DNA of 64,000 nt from Candidatus Bathyarchaeia archaeon (GCA_050010755.1 JBEKKK010000001.1:928001-992000); one strand, 5' to 3'. Positions 51,530-61,495 are shown, numbered from the stretch's first letter. The notes: generated by a model from the letters alone, not told the origin. Numbers and translations: made by a program.

Positions 51530-51972
51530 CATTGCAACATCAGAAAAAACGTTTTCGTGAGGAGGACGGAAGAAGAAAAGGAGAAGGGAGATCCGCCATC
51601 CACCTCACTCATCTAATAATACCATGCTTCTTGAAACACTTGGTTCTTTTTTCAGTTGACACGATTGAAAACCAGAAAAACTCCGGCCCGAAAAGACTAA
51701 AACCAAGGCGTTCAACCGTGAGGAAGCCTTATTTTCTTTCAATTGAAGAAATTGAAAACCCTCTTCGACGCTTCCCTAGGGCAAGAGTGCGGAGCTGTGC
51801 ACAGGGCGCTGTCCAGACGATGTTGAAAAGACAATCAGTGAAGGACATGACACGCGTTTATGGTTGGACTTGGCCTTTTTGGTCTGGCTCGCGTTAAGTG
51901 TGCTAATGATTTGTATTGCATATTGCTTATTAAGACTGATTACACAATATATGTTAAAGCCACCAATGTTGG

Positions 51973-53556
51973 ATGGATCAAAGGGTAGTTCTAATGCCCA
52001 AAGAATCAGAGCCAAAAGCCTCTACCGAAGAGAAACCAATCGCAGAAATCACGCTGAAGCAGGAAGCAAAGAGACCCACCGCCTTCAGAGAAGCCTACCC
52101 CATACAGGAACCCTACGTTTACGCGGCCATAATCAAAGACCCAGACACTCAGAAAATCCGCTACGAGGCAATAGAACCGACCCTCAACGCAGAAGAAGAG
52201 CAACAACTAAGAGAAGTCAAGAACTTTCTCATCGAAGAAGTCGACGTAAACCTCAAGGACATAGAGACCAAAGAAAAAGCAGAAAACTACCTGAAGGAAC
52301 AGACGAAGAAAACCATCACAAAACACCGGATAAAAGTGCCTCCGGAAGCCGTTGACAAACTAACATACTACGTGATAAGAGACTTCATAGGCTACGGAAA
52401 AATAGACCCGCTCATGAAAGACCACCTCATCGAAGACATATCCGCCGACGGCGTGAACATACCCATCTACATCTGGCACAGAATGTACGAATCCATGCCC
52501 ACGAACATCATATTCAGAGACGAGCAGGAACTCGACTCCTTCACAATCCGCATGGCATACCTCGCAGGAAAAAACATTTCAATAGCCTCCCCGATGCTAG
52601 ACGCATCGCTCCCGGACGGAAGCCGCATCCAGCTCACCTACGGCAGCGAAATCACCCGCAGAGGCTCAACCTTCACCATTCGACGCTTCAGAGTCGACCC
52701 GTTAACCATCTCCGACCTAATCGCGTTCAAAACCATCTCCTCAGAATTAGCCGCGTACCTCTGGTACGTCGTAGAGAACCGGGCATCCGTCCTAGTCGCC
52801 GGCGGAGTCGCCTCGGGAAAAACGACCATGCTGAACTGCCTGTCCATGTTCATAAAGCCCGAGATGAAGGTGGTCAGCGTGGAAGACACTCAGGAGCTCA
52901 ACCTGCCCCATGAAAACTGGATACCCTCGGTCGTCAGGCTGGGCTTCGGCCATGAAAGCAAGAAGGAGGGAAGCATAACCCTCTTCGACCTGCTGAAAGC
53001 CGCTGTCAGACAGAGGCCCGACTACATCATCGTCGGCGAGGTCCGCGGTGAAGAAGCCTACACGCTCTTCCAGGCAATGGCAACCGGCCACCTGGGAATG
53101 TGCACCATCCACGCAGAATCGGTCGAAGCGGTTGTGAATCGACTGGAATCCGAGCCCATGAACATTCCGAAGCCGCTCATAGCGATGACAAACGTGATAA
53201 TGGTCATGGCGCGAACGGAAATCGACGGCAAACCCGCCAGAAGAATAAACAATGCAACAGAAGTCCAGGGATTCGATCCAAAAACGAGAGACATAACACT
53301 GGGCGAGGTTTTCCATTGGAACCAAAAATTCGACAAATTCTCCGCCTCGAACAAGAGCTTCCTCCTGGAGAAGCAGATGAGAAAACTGGAAATCGACGAG
53401 GGAGCGGTGAGACGCGAGCTTAATCGAAGACAGACGGTTCTGGACTGGATGACGAGCAAGGGCATACGCCGATACACAGAGGTTGCAACCGTCATCCGCG
53501 AATATTACGCGAATCCAGACAGAATTTTCCAGAAGGCCAGGGTCGGACTGAAATGA
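51973..53556 (+). CDS. Type IV pilus/type II secretion ATPase (FlaI/PilB/VirB11 family)
   Basis: GGVASGKTT, SVEDTQEL, RQRPDYIIVGEVRG. Confidence 0.95.
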   Translation: MDQRVVLMPKESEPKASTEEKPIAEITLKQEAKRPTAFREAYPIQEPYVYAAIIKDPDTQKIRYEAIEPTLNAEEEQQLREVKNFLIEEVDVNLKDIETKEKAENYLKEQTKKTITKHRIKVPPEAVDKLTYYVIRDFIGYGKIDPLMKDHLIEDISADGVNIPIYIWHRMYESMPTNIIFRDEQELDSFTIRMAYLAGKNISIASPMLDASLPDGSRIQLTYGSEITRRGSTFTIRRFRVDPLTISDLIAFKTISSELAAYLWYVVENRASVLVAGGVASGKTTMLNCLSMFIKPEMKVVSVEDTQELNLPHENWIPSVVRLGFGHESKKEGSITLFDLLKAAVRQRPDYIIVGEVRGEEAYTLFQAMATGHLGMCTIHAESVEAVVNRLESEPMNIPKPLIAMTNVIMVMARTEIDGKPARRINNATEVQGFDPKTRDITLGEVFHWNQKFDKFSASNKSFLLEKQMRKLEIDEGAVRRELNRRQTVLDWMTSKGIRRYTEVATVIREYYANPDRIFQKARVGLK

Positions 53557-54560
53557 AAAACAATAGACCTCTCGAAAGAATCAGGGCATTCTGCAGCCGT
53601 CTGAGAACAAGGTTTAAACTCTCCTTCGGCAAATCAGCCGAGGCCAAACGCGACGTGGCTCAGGAGAAGCCGGGGTTTTCGCTTGAGAGTCCGCAGTCCA
53701 TAGCTTATGGTCTTCTCGGGAACAGAACGGGATGGGTTCTTCCCCTTTTCAAAGACTTGGACGTCAACTTGCGCAAGTCGGGGTTGAAAGTCAACTTTAA
53801 AGTGTACGTCAGTTTAACGATTTTCGCCACGTTATTGGTCTGCGCTGCCACCTTGGCGCTGATACCTTGCCTGCTGTTTCTAGTTTTCAACCTGCCTTTG
53901 TTACCAGCGGTTTTGTTCGGCGTTGGCGGATGCCTCTTTGCTTATGTGTTTTCGACTCTGATATTCTATTCTTACCCGATTTATCGGGCAGACACTCTCA
54001 GGAGAGGGTTGGAAGACGAGTTGTCGTTCACGACGGGTTACATGGCCATCTTGGCCAGCGCCGGCGTTTCTCCTGAACGGATGTTCTATTCTCTGTCGAG
54101 TCTCAGTGTTCCGTTAGCCGTGACCCCTGAGGCGAAGGATGTTATAAGGGACGTGAACCTCTTCGGTTCAGACATAATCTCCGCTCTTGAGGAAACGTCA
54201 AAGCGAACTCCTTCGCAAACATTTCGCGAAACGATAGAGGGGTTCATCGCCACGATCCATTCGGGAGGCAACTTGGCGGCGTATCTCAGGCAAAAATCCA
54301 AAGAGTACATGAGGTTGAAGAGAATAAGCCTGAAGAAATACTCAGACGACCTGTCGATGCTGTCGGAGGTTTACGTGACTCTGCTGTTGACGGGACCGCT
54401 ATTCTTGGTGATAATGCTGGTCGTTATGGCCATGCTAGGCGGCGGAGGTTTTGGTATACTGAGCCCGGATCTCATGTTAGAACTGCTCACGTACGTGGGA
54501 ATTCCCCTGGGTGCCATAGCCTTCCTGGTTATACTGGATGCGATGTCGCCTAAATGGTGA
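53553..54560 (+). CDS. Type II secretion F (TadC/FlaJ-like) membrane platform protein
   Basis: MAILASAG, DIISALE...TPS, SGG.L..YL. Confidence 0.9.
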   Translation: MKNNRPLERIRAFCSRLRTRFKLSFGKSAEAKRDVAQEKPGFSLESPQSIAYGLLGNRTGWVLPLFKDLDVNLRKSGLKVNFKVYVSLTIFATLLVCAATLALIPCLLFLVFNLPLLPAVLFGVGGCLFAYVFSTLIFYSYPIYRADTLRRGLEDELSFTTGYMAILASAGVSPERMFYSLSSLSVPLAVTPEAKDVIRDVNLFGSDIISALEETSKRTPSQTFRETIEGFIATIHSGGNLAAYLRQKSKEYMRLKRISLKKYSDDLSMLSEVYVTLLLTGPLFLVIMLVVMAMLGGGGFGILSPDLMLELLTYVGIPLGAIAFLVILDAMSPKW

Positions 54561-55381
54561 TGAAAATGCCGAGAATTGATGAAAGACTGAAGAAGCCCAT
54601 CTGGATAGTCTCAATCGCGCTAGCAGCGGCCATACTGTCCTACGGGCTTCTCAGGTTCGGGTCCACAGACACGGTGGACGACTTCGTGTTCTTCTCTGTA
54701 ATACTGGCTGTTTTTCCCTCGGCAACGTTAAACTATCTGGATTACGAGTGGAAAAAAGCCGTTGATGAACACTTACCTGATCTCTTCAGGAGCATTGTGC
54801 AGGCCCAAGAGACGGGAATGACTCTGCCTCAGGCCATGGAAGAAGCGTCCAAGAGGGACTATGGACCTCTCACGGAAGAGCTGAGGAAGATGACGACGCA
54901 GATTTCTTGGGGAATGAGCTTTGAGGAGAGTCTCCTGAGCATGGGGAAAAGAGTGAACACCGTGCTGATGCAGAGGACGGTACCGATGATTATCGAGGCA
55001 AGCCGCTCGGGAGGACGAGTTGAGAAGGTGTTCGACCCGATGGGAAAGTTCATACAAACGACGCTCCTCCTTGAAAAGGAACGGCGAACTCAATCGAGAC
55101 CCTACATCGCCATAATTTACGTGGCGTTCTTCGTCTTTCTCTTCACCATAGTGCTGCTCTTCAGATCGTTCTTTGCAAACATGCAGGGCCTGTCGATGTT
55201 CGCAACGGTGGGGATGCCGCCGACTACGCTCGAGCGAATATTCTCTCACATGACTTCAATTCAGGCTTTCTTCGGGGGCCTCGTGGCGGGGAAAATGGGA
55301 GACGGTTCGATAGGAGCCGGATTGAAGCACAGCCTCATCCTGATGTTGTGCGGCTACGTCGCATTGAAACTCCTCCTCTGA
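54554..55381 (+). CDS. Type II secretion F (TadC/FlaJ-like) membrane platform protein
   Basis: LPDLFR...GMTL.QA...DYG.LT.E, GKMG.GS..AGLKH. Confidence 0.9.
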   Translation: MVMKMPRIDERLKKPIWIVSIALAAAILSYGLLRFGSTDTVDDFVFFSVILAVFPSATLNYLDYEWKKAVDEHLPDLFRSIVQAQETGMTLPQAMEEASKRDYGPLTEELRKMTTQISWGMSFEESLLSMGKRVNTVLMQRTVPMIIEASRSGGRVEKVFDPMGKFIQTTLLLEKERRTQSRPYIAIIYVAFFVFLFTIVLLFRSFFANMQGLSMFATVGMPPTTLERIFSHMTSIQAFFGGLVAGKMGDGSIGAGLKHSLILMLCGYVALKLLL

Positions 55382-55382
55382 G

Positions 55383-55811
55383 GTGACAAAAACGGTCCGA
55401 AAACTCAGAAAATTCCTTCATGACAAGAGGGCCATAACAGCAGTCATCAGCAACCTCCTCCTGACCGTCGTAGCAGTCGCCGCCATGGTGCTCGCCACCA
55501 CTGCCACATACGTAATAACGACCAACCTCAAGGAAACAATAGGCGAGCGAGTCATCATAGAAGATTTGTGGTTCAACAATTCCACCGGAAACATCGATGC
55601 CTACCTCAGAAATGTCGGCCAAGCCGTCATCCAAATCTCAGAGGTATACGTGAACCACACTTCCCAGTATTTTCTAACACCTTCGGCGCTCGAGATAGGG
55701 CAGGGCCAATGGCTCAACATTACAGACGCATGGGTATCAGGCAGCATTTACTACGTAGACATTGTCACGACCAGAGGAACACATGCTGGAGATTACTTCA
55801 CAGCGCCATAA
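55383..55811 (+). CDS. Archaeal type IV pilin
   Basis: Class III signal peptide KRA|ITAVISNLLL; RNVG; IVTTRG. Confidence 0.85.
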   Translation: MTKTVRKLRKFLHDKRAITAVISNLLLTVVAVAAMVLATTATYVITTNLKETIGERVIIEDLWFNNSTGNIDAYLRNVGQAVIQISEVYVNHTSQYFLTPSALEIGQGQWLNITDAWVSGSIYYVDIVTTRGTHAGDYFTAP

Positions 55812-56034
55812 ACACCACAAGCGCGTGCGCCCCCATCACTGAAAGAAAACTCGTGGTATTGTGGTGACAAAGATGCGTCACGCAAAAAACTCGCTCCTAC
55901 AGGACTAGCGAGGCCCAAATTGATTGGTTAAGGCAGTGCATGACGCACCTTGCCATTACTGTACGATGCAAGGTGATATAAAATTTCCGTACTTTTCAGA
56001 AGCTGCCACCCGGGCTTTTGCGGGGATACCCAGT

Positions 56035-56481
56035 CTAGCGCGCTTGTGAATTTCGTTTTAGAAGCTCCACAAATCGTCTTTTGTGCTTTGGGCTGTCAAT
56101 AAATCTAAAGTTGGAAGAATGCATCTCATATTTCGAGCGCTGATGAAGATATTTCTTTCTGAGAAAAACGTAGACTCTGATTTTCCACGACCTTACCCGA
56201 ATCTCGGCGTTTCTGTGTATTGCCCAAGCATCGAATTGTAACTTATTAATTCTTTCTTCCCATCGCTCAGGATGTTTCTGTTTCCATTTTCTGTAATGCT
56301 CTCGTGCGTAGTCCTGTTGTTTTTCGAGGTTTGCCTGCCTCCATTTCTTTTGATAATCCCGCGCGTGCGCGCGCTCTTCTGCAAGGTGTTCTTTCCTCCG
56401 CTTTTTCCGTCGTTCTAGTATCTTTTCTCGATGGGTCAAATAGTATTTCTTAGCATATTCTCGTCTTTCTTTTCCTGTCAA
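56035..56481 (-). CDS. Hypothetical basic protein (mobile-element-like)
   Basis: R/K/Y-rich repeats; stop lies in site 56035-56045; internal site 56360-56374. Confidence 0.55.
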   Translation of the reverse strand: MTGKERREYAKKYYLTHREKILERRKKRRKEHLAEERAHARDYQKKWRQANLEKQQDYAREHYRKWKQKHPERWEERINKLQFDAWAIHRNAEIRVRSWKIRVYVFLRKKYLHQRSKYEMHSSNFRFIDSPKHKRRFVELLKRNSQAR

Positions 56482-56692
56482 GCCATTAGCTCACTTCTTT
56501 CTCCTGTGTCAGACTTCACTTTTGCTCGATGCAGCCTTTTTTTGTTTCGCATTGAGGACTGCTGAAATAACTTCGTCGGACCTTTCGGATTAGCTGAGTA
56601 TGGGCGCTCGTTTCTACATCCAAGCCTAATCCGCTTTTCTTCTCTAAGCACTTATATTTACTGAGAGTGTTTGTTGAAAAAAAGGGATATGC

Positions 56693-56944
56693 ATGAACAA
56701 AACGGAGACCGCTGCCAAAGTTCCAGTTGACATGGAAAAATGTCTGAGGATTTCAAAGAAAATTCTGGAGCTGCTGCAAAAGAAAACCAAAAGCTCTGCG
56801 GAAGCTTATCTTACAGTCCGCCTGCTAGGAATCTTTCTCGAAGAGAAATTCGGGTTCAAATTGACATCGAATCAGGAGGAAGAACTCAGAAAGCTGTGGA
56901 GGAAAGACCAAAATCTTCACGAAAAAAGTGAAGGACCTACTTAG
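56693..56944 (+). CDS. Small hypothetical protein
   Basis: 83-aa ORF with upstream TATA (CTTATATT). Confidence 0.6.
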   Translation: MNKTETAAKVPVDMEKCLRISKKILELLQKKTKSSAEAYLTVRLLGIFLEEKFGFKLTSNQEEELRKLWRKDQNLHEKSEGPT

Positions 56945-56961
56945 ATTCACGAGTGCGCGAA

Positions 56962-57963
56962 TTATTTGGTTTCAACATTGGCACATGCAGTGTTGGATGT
57001 TGCCTGCGTTTTAGCGTTGTCCGTAACTTGCAGGTAAATGCTATAAAGACCTGGTGATTTAGGCGTAAAGGTCCATGTTGATTTTGTGGCGCTCGAGACT
57101 GGAGCACCGTTGAGATACCACTGGTAACTGAACGGCGATTCACCACCCGCGACGCTTGAAGTAAACAGTTGAGAATTGCCAACACGCATATTCACCGAAC
57201 CGGGCGAAATGCATATAGAGAAACGGCTATTCACCGTGACAGTTGCGGTGTTGGAAGTTGCCTGCATTCCATTGTTGTCTGTAACCTTCACGTAGACCGT
57301 GTAAGAACCTGCGGAGGTTGGCGTGAAAGTCCAAGTCGGTTTAGTGGCACCAGAAACCGCGGTACCGTTGAGGTACCACTGGTACTTGTATGGCGAGGTG
57401 CCGCCCGTGACGCTTGAAGTGAACAGTCGACACTGGCCAACGTACAGGGTTGCAGAGCTGGGCGAAATATTTGCGGAAAGCGTGGGGGTGAAATCCACCC
57501 ACATGTTCATTTTGTAAGCGCCTACGGCGGCTGTCGGGTGGAAGGTTAGTGTTAACGTTATGTTGTTCTTGTGTCCGGCTTTGAAAACGGTTTGAGCGCT
57601 GTTCCAGCTTAACGTACCCGTGCCTGAGAACGTTTGGCTGCCCCCTTTTCCGATTATGAAGGTTGCTCCGTCAGTGTCGACCCATTGCAAGCTCAGGTCG
57701 TTGTTGCTGATGCCTTTCGGGCCGTTGACAGTTAGAAAATAGACAACTGCAAAAGTGCCTGTCGAATCCTTGCTTTCCACTGTTACGTTGTAACTTTTTG
57801 GCTCTTCGAAGTATGATATGCCCATGTTGATGTTCCAAGCGCCAGTATTTGACTGATATACTAGGAAACGGCCAGACGTGACAGTGCAGGCGAAAGCAGA
57901 GCCGATGGTTGCAACTATACACAGTGCAGTAAGGGCTATTCTCAACTTGCTCATGTGTAACAT
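56962..57963 (-). CDS. Secreted protein with two PKD/Ig-like repeats
   Basis: Signal peptide; two copies of ISP.S....GQ..LFTSSV.GG.SP..YQWYLNG. Confidence 0.8.
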   Translation of the reverse strand: MLHMSKLRIALTALCIVATIGSAFACTVTSGRFLVYQSNTGAWNINMGISYFEEPKSYNVTVESKDSTGTFAVVYFLTVNGPKGISNNDLSLQWVDTDGATFIIGKGGSQTFSGTGTLSWNSAQTVFKAGHKNNITLTLTFHPTAAVGAYKMNMWVDFTPTLSANISPSSATLYVGQCRLFTSSVTGGTSPYKYQWYLNGTAVSGATKPTWTFTPTSAGSYTVYVKVTDNNGMQATSNTATVTVNSRFSICISPGSVNMRVGNSQLFTSSVAGGESPFSYQWYLNGAPVSSATKSTWTFTPKSPGLYSIYLQVTDNAKTQATSNTACANVETK

Positions 57964-58034
57964 TAGTCAATCCCTTAGACACGAATACTGATAGAAAAGG
58001 GGAAAATTAACAGTTATGGACTACTGCTAAGTAG

Positions 58035-58580
58035 CTAATTTACTGCTACCCAGACATTCGCAGCGAACGTCGTAAGTGGTGCCACATTGTGGAAAGTCAC
58101 AGTGACGTTAGCGTCAGCGCTGAAACTAGCAGGTGCTGTATATGGACCGATAGTTGCCACAAGAGCATTGTTTGCCGTTGCAGATATCGAAGCATCAGAG
58201 TAGAGACTAAAAGTCAAGGTAGTTATCGTATTTGTGTTTATATCACCAACAACTACAGTAACCCATGAAGTATCCATAACTAGACCTCCAGATCGCCAGA
58301 TCTCATAATGGGTTGTTACATTACTGTATGGTGAGGGTGCATTGTTTTTGGTGTTTGTGTATAGAAGAATGGGCTGTTCATAGTATATCGTCGGTGGTAG
58401 ATAAGGCGGACTCAGAATGTTCCTTGTGTTGAAATTATCCAGTATTGTCAGTGTGAATGGGCTGCCAGCTAGAGTTGTACTGAACTGCAATACATTGCTT
58501 GCGAGCCATGCATAAGCCACGGAAGCCGTCATGACTGCCACAAGAGCAATAACTATTGCCAGCTTCACTTTTTTTTGCAT
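58035..58580 (-). CDS. Secreted hypothetical protein
   Basis: Signal peptide ...SVAYAW; beta-rich. Confidence 0.75.
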   Translation of the reverse strand: MQKKVKLAIVIALVAVMTASVAYAWLASNVLQFSTTLAGSPFTLTILDNFNTRNILSPPYLPPTIYYEQPILLYTNTKNNAPSPYSNVTTHYEIWRSGGLVMDTSWVTVVVGDINTNTITTLTFSLYSDASISATANNALVATIGPYTAPASFSADANVTVTFHNVAPLTTFAANVWVAVN

Positions 58581-58906
58581 TTTGTTTTTTCCTCCTTTCT
58601 CCTTTTCGGTTTTTGTTACGGGATTAAGCTTGCCGTTAGCAGCTCTATACCCGCTCAGCCCAACGGACTTTTAACGTGCCTTTGGGCAAGGACACAGTCG
58701 GGAGCATGCCCCCTTGCACGCAAGAGTCGACTCTGCCCGACTGGATGCGCAGTTCGTTGCGGTTTACTTTTAAGCTTTGTGGGACCTTTTATGTATGATT
58801 CTTCTAGCTCTTTTGAGAATGAGAAAGAAGCCACTTACGCATAAGAAATGTTTCACATACAACATTAGCGCGCGCATGACGAACTTTTTATGCGTACTCC
58901 TATTGT

Positions 58907-59074
58907 CTACAACTTTCCATGGACTATCTCTGTAATCAGGCTTATTGATTTGGCATAGTCCATGAAGGCTTCGCGGAGGGCCTCACTTTCGTCGATTCCT
59001 AGGGTCTTACACAGTCTTTCGAGAAGCTTCTTCTGCTCTATTGAGAGATAAACTCTGACAACTTTTCGTGCCGT
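58907..59074 (-). CDS. 55-aa ribbon-helix-helix (CopG-like) protein with apparent ACG start
   Basis: (T)ARKVVRVYLSIEQKKLLERLCKTLGIDESEALREAFMDYAK...; GAGGGGAG RBS; in-frame stop five codons upstream. Confidence 0.65.
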   Translation of the reverse strand, partial: TARKVVRVYLSIEQKKLLERLCKTLGIDESEALREAFMDYAKSISLITEIVHGKL

Positions 59075-59220
59075 TAAACTCCCCTCTTATACTTCACCCA
59101 TGCAGCATAGTTGCCTTTAAATCTTACCGCATCAGTGAAGTACATTAACTGCGTCAGTTCAGCGACCGTTTATGACAATTTTTATATGTTCTTGTCCAAA
59201 CAGTACAGCATGGGTAAAGT

Positions 59221-59604
59221 ATGCCTGGCAAAGGATACCGTGCCATAAGCCTCTCAAAAGAGCTCGTGAAAACAATCGAAGACTACATCGAGGAAAACCC
59301 GCAGGCGAGCTACAAGAGCATTGCAGACTTTGTTGCAGACGCTCTTCGCATAAGGTTTGAACAGCTCGGAGTCTACCCTGGAAACATAGCACTGCTAGAC
59401 ATCAACGCAAACGAGATGGGTCCCCTGCTCTATGACAAAAACCTCAAGAAAACCGTGCAGATCCTCATCAGCCCCAAAGGACTCGAATGCGCCGAATGTA
59501 AACTAAGCAGCTGCCGTCACATCAAATTCGCCCTAGCAAACCCCAAAACCCAAGAACTCATCCAAGAAAGAAAAAAAGAAGGCTGGAAACTTCCAGACAT
59601 CTGA
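59221..59604 (+). CDS. RHH regulator with a C-terminal SWIM-like zinc finger
   Basis: ISLSKELV..IE..I...YKSIADFV.DALR; CAEC...CRH. Confidence 0.8.
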   Translation: MPGKGYRAISLSKELVKTIEDYIEENPQASYKSIADFVADALRIRFEQLGVYPGNIALLDINANEMGPLLYDKNLKKTVQILISPKGLECAECKLSSCRHIKFALANPKTQELIQERKKEGWKLPDI

Positions 59605-59634
59605 GACGCAGCTTTCTTCAGCGATAGGCGCGCG

Positions 59635-60333
59635 CTATTCTATTTTGTCCTTTTTAGCCAGGTTGTGCCTTGCGCATAGTAGTTGGATGTTTTCGGTCAC
59701 TAGTGACGATCCCCCTTTAGAATAGGGAATGATATGGTCAAAGTGCAGGTTGTCGTGGCTTCCACAGATGACGCAGGCCCCCTTATCTCGTTTCCATACT
59801 TCCATTTTTACAGATGCTGGGATGATGCGGTTGTGATCAATCTCCTGGGACGAGACTTGAGGAATTTCATCGGTCAGTTCAAGCTTGAATTTGAAAACAT
59901 TACGACTATTGCTCTTTTCCTGCCATGAATCCACAAGTTTAAAGATGCCATTATAGGTCCAGATGCCTGGTCTGATCTTTTCGTAGACCTTCACAAGCTC
60001 GGCCTTTTTCTTTTGCTGTTTATAGTCGTTCGCGGCCTCGTAGAACAATCCGTTCTGAGTTAGAGAGCCAGTTGGATTGTACATCGGTTGATCCACCGTT
60101 TTGGGATTTCGTCCCCCAGCCAATTTTGGAGCATCATGGCCTTCATAAATTAGTACTCTGCCGTTTTCCTCGATCCTATCGGCGTATGGAGCACCTGTCC
60201 TTATGCTCATCAAAATAACACTGAACCCACCACGCAATCGAAAATTCATTCCCCTTTGAAGATTGACGCCCTCTTCTCTGCACACGTCTAGATAGGAAAG
60301 CAGGTCTCCAACGTTGAGCATTGGATGCCTCAT
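59635..60333 (-). CDS. HNH endonuclease with N-terminal SRA/PUA-like domain
   Basis: CVICG...LHFDHIIPYSKGG...NIQLLCARHN; PYAD...LIYEG; bounded by sites 59625 and 60383. Confidence 0.85.
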   Translation of the reverse strand: MRHPMLNVGDLLSYLDVCREEGVNLQRGMNFRLRGGFSVILMSIRTGAPYADRIEENGRVLIYEGHDAPKLAGGRNPKTVDQPMYNPTGSLTQNGLFYEAANDYKQQKKKAELVKVYEKIRPGIWTYNGIFKLVDSWQEKSNSRNVFKFKLELTDEIPQVSSQEIDHNRIIPASVKMEVWKRDKGACVICGSHDNLHFDHIIPYSKGGSSLVTENIQLLCARHNLAKKDKIE

Positions 60334-60472
60334 AAGAAGGTTGCTGGCCAGAATATAAATTCTAGCTAGCACGGTAACCTTTTCGCGCGCGTCGGCGCGA
60401 ACCAACGAAGTTTATATTTGGTTAGTTCAATACTAAGCTTACTACGACTTCTCACATCGGTGCTTATCAAAA

Positions 60473-61495
60473 ATGCCTCCAAAGAAAATTGTTTATCTGT
60501 TTGGAGCTGGTGCAACGATAGCAGAGACGCAATATGCCGGGGTTCAAGAAAAACCCTCGCTGGAATATATCTCTGAAACAGTGATAAGGAAAGCCAAAGA
60601 AGAAGGTGAATTGGCTGAGGCACTTAGCGAAATCGAACCAGACGACATCACCGATATTGAACTGTACATAAGTCTACTGGAATCTGCCCGCACAAAAAAG
60701 TATCTCGAGCTTGCAGGCAAGCTACGCTCTCTGTTCTCCAAGAGCATACAGGATGCATTGAAGATGGAGGGTAACATTATCGAACCAATGCTTACAAATG
60801 CCTTACTTCAAATGCATGGGACAATAAGAGAAGAAGAGAGATTTGCGGGGGCGATTTCCCTTAATTATGATAATCTTCTCGATCGTGCCTTTAATGGAGT
60901 CTTTGGTGGAGTAAACTATGGAATCGATTGCAGATGTAAAAAAGCAGGATATAGTATTAGAAAACGGGGTCCAGCATTGCTCAAACTACATGGATCCTTT
61001 AACTGGAGTCGGGGCTTTCCGTCAGTTGAAATCGATGAAGAACAGGCACAATTAGGCGAAGAGGAATCGATGCTATGGATTCCTCCAGGTATCGAGAAAG
61101 ATAAGGATGCCTACCCATTCAATATTTTATGGGGAAAAGCCTTTGAGATGCTTGATTGTGATGTTCTTAGAATTGTTGGATGTAAACTTAAACAAAATGA
61201 TTGGGGGTTGTTGTCACTGATTTTTAATACTCAATTGGAAACCGATCAAACATATGAAATACAATTGATTGATTTTCACCGAGAGGGCGAGTTGATAAGG
61301 CAGCGAAACGGTTTCCTTAGAAATGTCAAGATTCTGGGGGAATTGGAGAACTGCCAGGACTTGGTTGATCCTCCACCTTCTAATCCTTTTGAAAGTTGGT
61401 TAAGACTCAAACTCGCCTCGCTTAGGGAAAAAGGTGTTCGTATTGATGAATTGGGGTTAGATCATATTAATGCATTGTTAGGAGCGACCAACTAA
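60473..61495 (+). CDS. SIR2-like domain protein
   Basis: VYLFGAGA, SLNYD, LKLHGS.NW. Confidence 0.85.
   Translation: MPPKKIVYLFGAGATIAETQYAGVQEKPSLEYISETVIRKAKEEGELAEALSEIEPDDITDIELYISLLESARTKKYLELAGKLRSLFSKSIQDALKMEGNIIEPMLTNALLQMHGTIREEERFAGAISLNYDNLLDRAFNGVFGGVNYGIDCRCKKAGYSIRKRGPALLKLHGSFNWSRGFPSVEIDEEQAQLGEEESMLWIPPGIEKDKDAYPFNILWGKAFEMLDCDVLRIVGCKLKQNDWGLLSLIFNTQLETDQTYEIQLIDFHREGELIRQRNGFLRNVKILGELENCQDLVDPPPSNPFESWLRLKLASLREKGVRIDELGLDHINALLGATN

Noticed and set aside
56990-57480. ~260-bp direct repeat
   Set aside because: Internal duplication of PKD/Ig-like domains within one CDS
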